64,000 nucleotides of DNA from Octopus sinensis. Taxonomy: Eukaryota. Positions within the stretch are counted from its first letter, which is position 1; every line of letters starts with the position of its first letter. Positions 62,995 to 64,000 of this stretch are shown piece by piece. The stretch covers positions 39,060,001 through 39,124,000 of the forward strand of contig NC_042998.1 in NCBI RefSeq assembly GCF_006345805.1, written 5' to 3'. A program made the position numbers and the translations under genes. The notes under the pieces were generated by a model. That model had not been told where the DNA came from. It worked only from the letters and a program-made list of their open reading frames with translations, and did not search any database.

Positions 62995-63294
62995 CTGAAA
63001 GTAAAAAGTAAAACAAATACTTTGAAAAGTAAAAAAGCTAAACAACAAAAGGGGCCACAAATTACCAAACTAATACAATGGTAATACACTCTCCTAGATT
63101 GTGTGCAAAAACTGATGCATCTTCTCCTTTGTCTAACAAGCAAAGTATATTCATTTAAAGAGCAAATTTCTTGTAAATATTTAGGTAAGAAGATTTACTC
63201 ATCAGTGTTTCTATGCCTGAGTGTGTCTGTGTGTCTTTCAGCCTCTCTCTATCCAATCCACTCATCAAATACATACAGAAAACAATTATGAAAA

Positions 63295-63605
63295 CACGTG
63301 GCTTAGTTGTTGGGGGATTCGGCTAACGATTGCAAGGTTGTGAGTTCGTTTTCAGGTGGTGAGTCGAGTCCTTGAACAAGACACTTTATTTGCATTGCTC
63401 CAATTCTCTCAGCTGGCAAATATGAATTGTACCTGTATTTTCAAGGACTAGGCTTGTCTCATTCTCCCTGAGAACTATGTTAAGGGTAAGTGTCTGTGGA
63501 GGGCTCAGCCACTTGCATGCTAACTTCATGAGCAGACTATTACGGCAATGGCTGCTCCATGGATCAGATCAACTGGAACCTATGTCACCGTAATCAACGG
63601 AGCGT
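63295..63605 (+). mobile_element. Third SINE-like family (V-domain-like)
   Basis: tRNA-like head (gtggcttagtt, gagttcgttt) followed by gtccttgaacaagacacttt. Confidence 0.45.
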
Positions 63606-63639
63606 CGTGTTTTCTTTTATACAGAAAAAGTACAACACT

Positions 63640-64000
63640 AGCTGAGAAGAGCAGAACTCAAAAGTGAAACCGAAGAGTATTTTATTGCAACCCAGAATCA
63701 AACTTTTGCATAAGAAACTCCGAAATCATATGATAAACTAGTATACATTGTGTATTTCTAGAAACTAGAAAGAAAACAATTAATTTGCCAAAAGAATCTC
63801 AAAGAAGGACAAAGTGGCCATACTCTAAGACATATCAACCTACATAGACAAGGAGATAAAAGCTAAATACCGGATACTATGACTAAAGACCACCAGAATA
63901 AAAAGTACCTGCCAATTGAAGTACGGTGTCCAACAAATGATTTATGTCTCTAAAAGAAATAGAGAAATTATCCAAATATAAAGGTTTAGAAATAGATAAC
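63640..64000 (+). mobile_element. Restriction-like-endonuclease LINE fragment, runs off the window
   Basis: AELKSETEEYFIATQNQ resembles the LKxETEGxIxAxQDQ motif. Confidence 0.45.

Overview
AT-rich, microsatellite-rich animal genomic DNA. The repeat families suggest an octopus-type cephalopod genome (inference from recall, not a search). The only host gene I can support is a large cadherin on the minus strand. I traced 18 phase-compatible GT-AG exons (62994 to 8480; 2820 nt, about 940 codons). They encode seven extracellular cadherin repeats (the first partial), a membrane-adjacent domain of the CDH23/PCDH15/insect Cad88C type, one transmembrane helix and the start of the cytoplasmic tail. 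The 5' end lies beyond base 64000 and the 3' end is unresolved. The introns are filled with mobile DNA: a 5'-truncated RTE LINE with a C4HC3 PHD finger inside its reverse transcriptase and a structured 62-bp tandem repeat in its 3' UTR; CR1, Tx1-like, restriction-like-endonuclease (R4/Dong-type) and Penelope-like fragments; three minimal hammerhead-ribozyme motifs; mariner/Tc1 elements; TTAA- and TA-flanked MITEs; a short Helitron; a decayed Gypsy-like integrase; and many tRNA-derived SINEs. Most short ORFs in the supplied track are microsatellite or repeat artefacts. All annotation was done by eye; exon ends were counted base by base and repeat boundaries are approximate unless stated.
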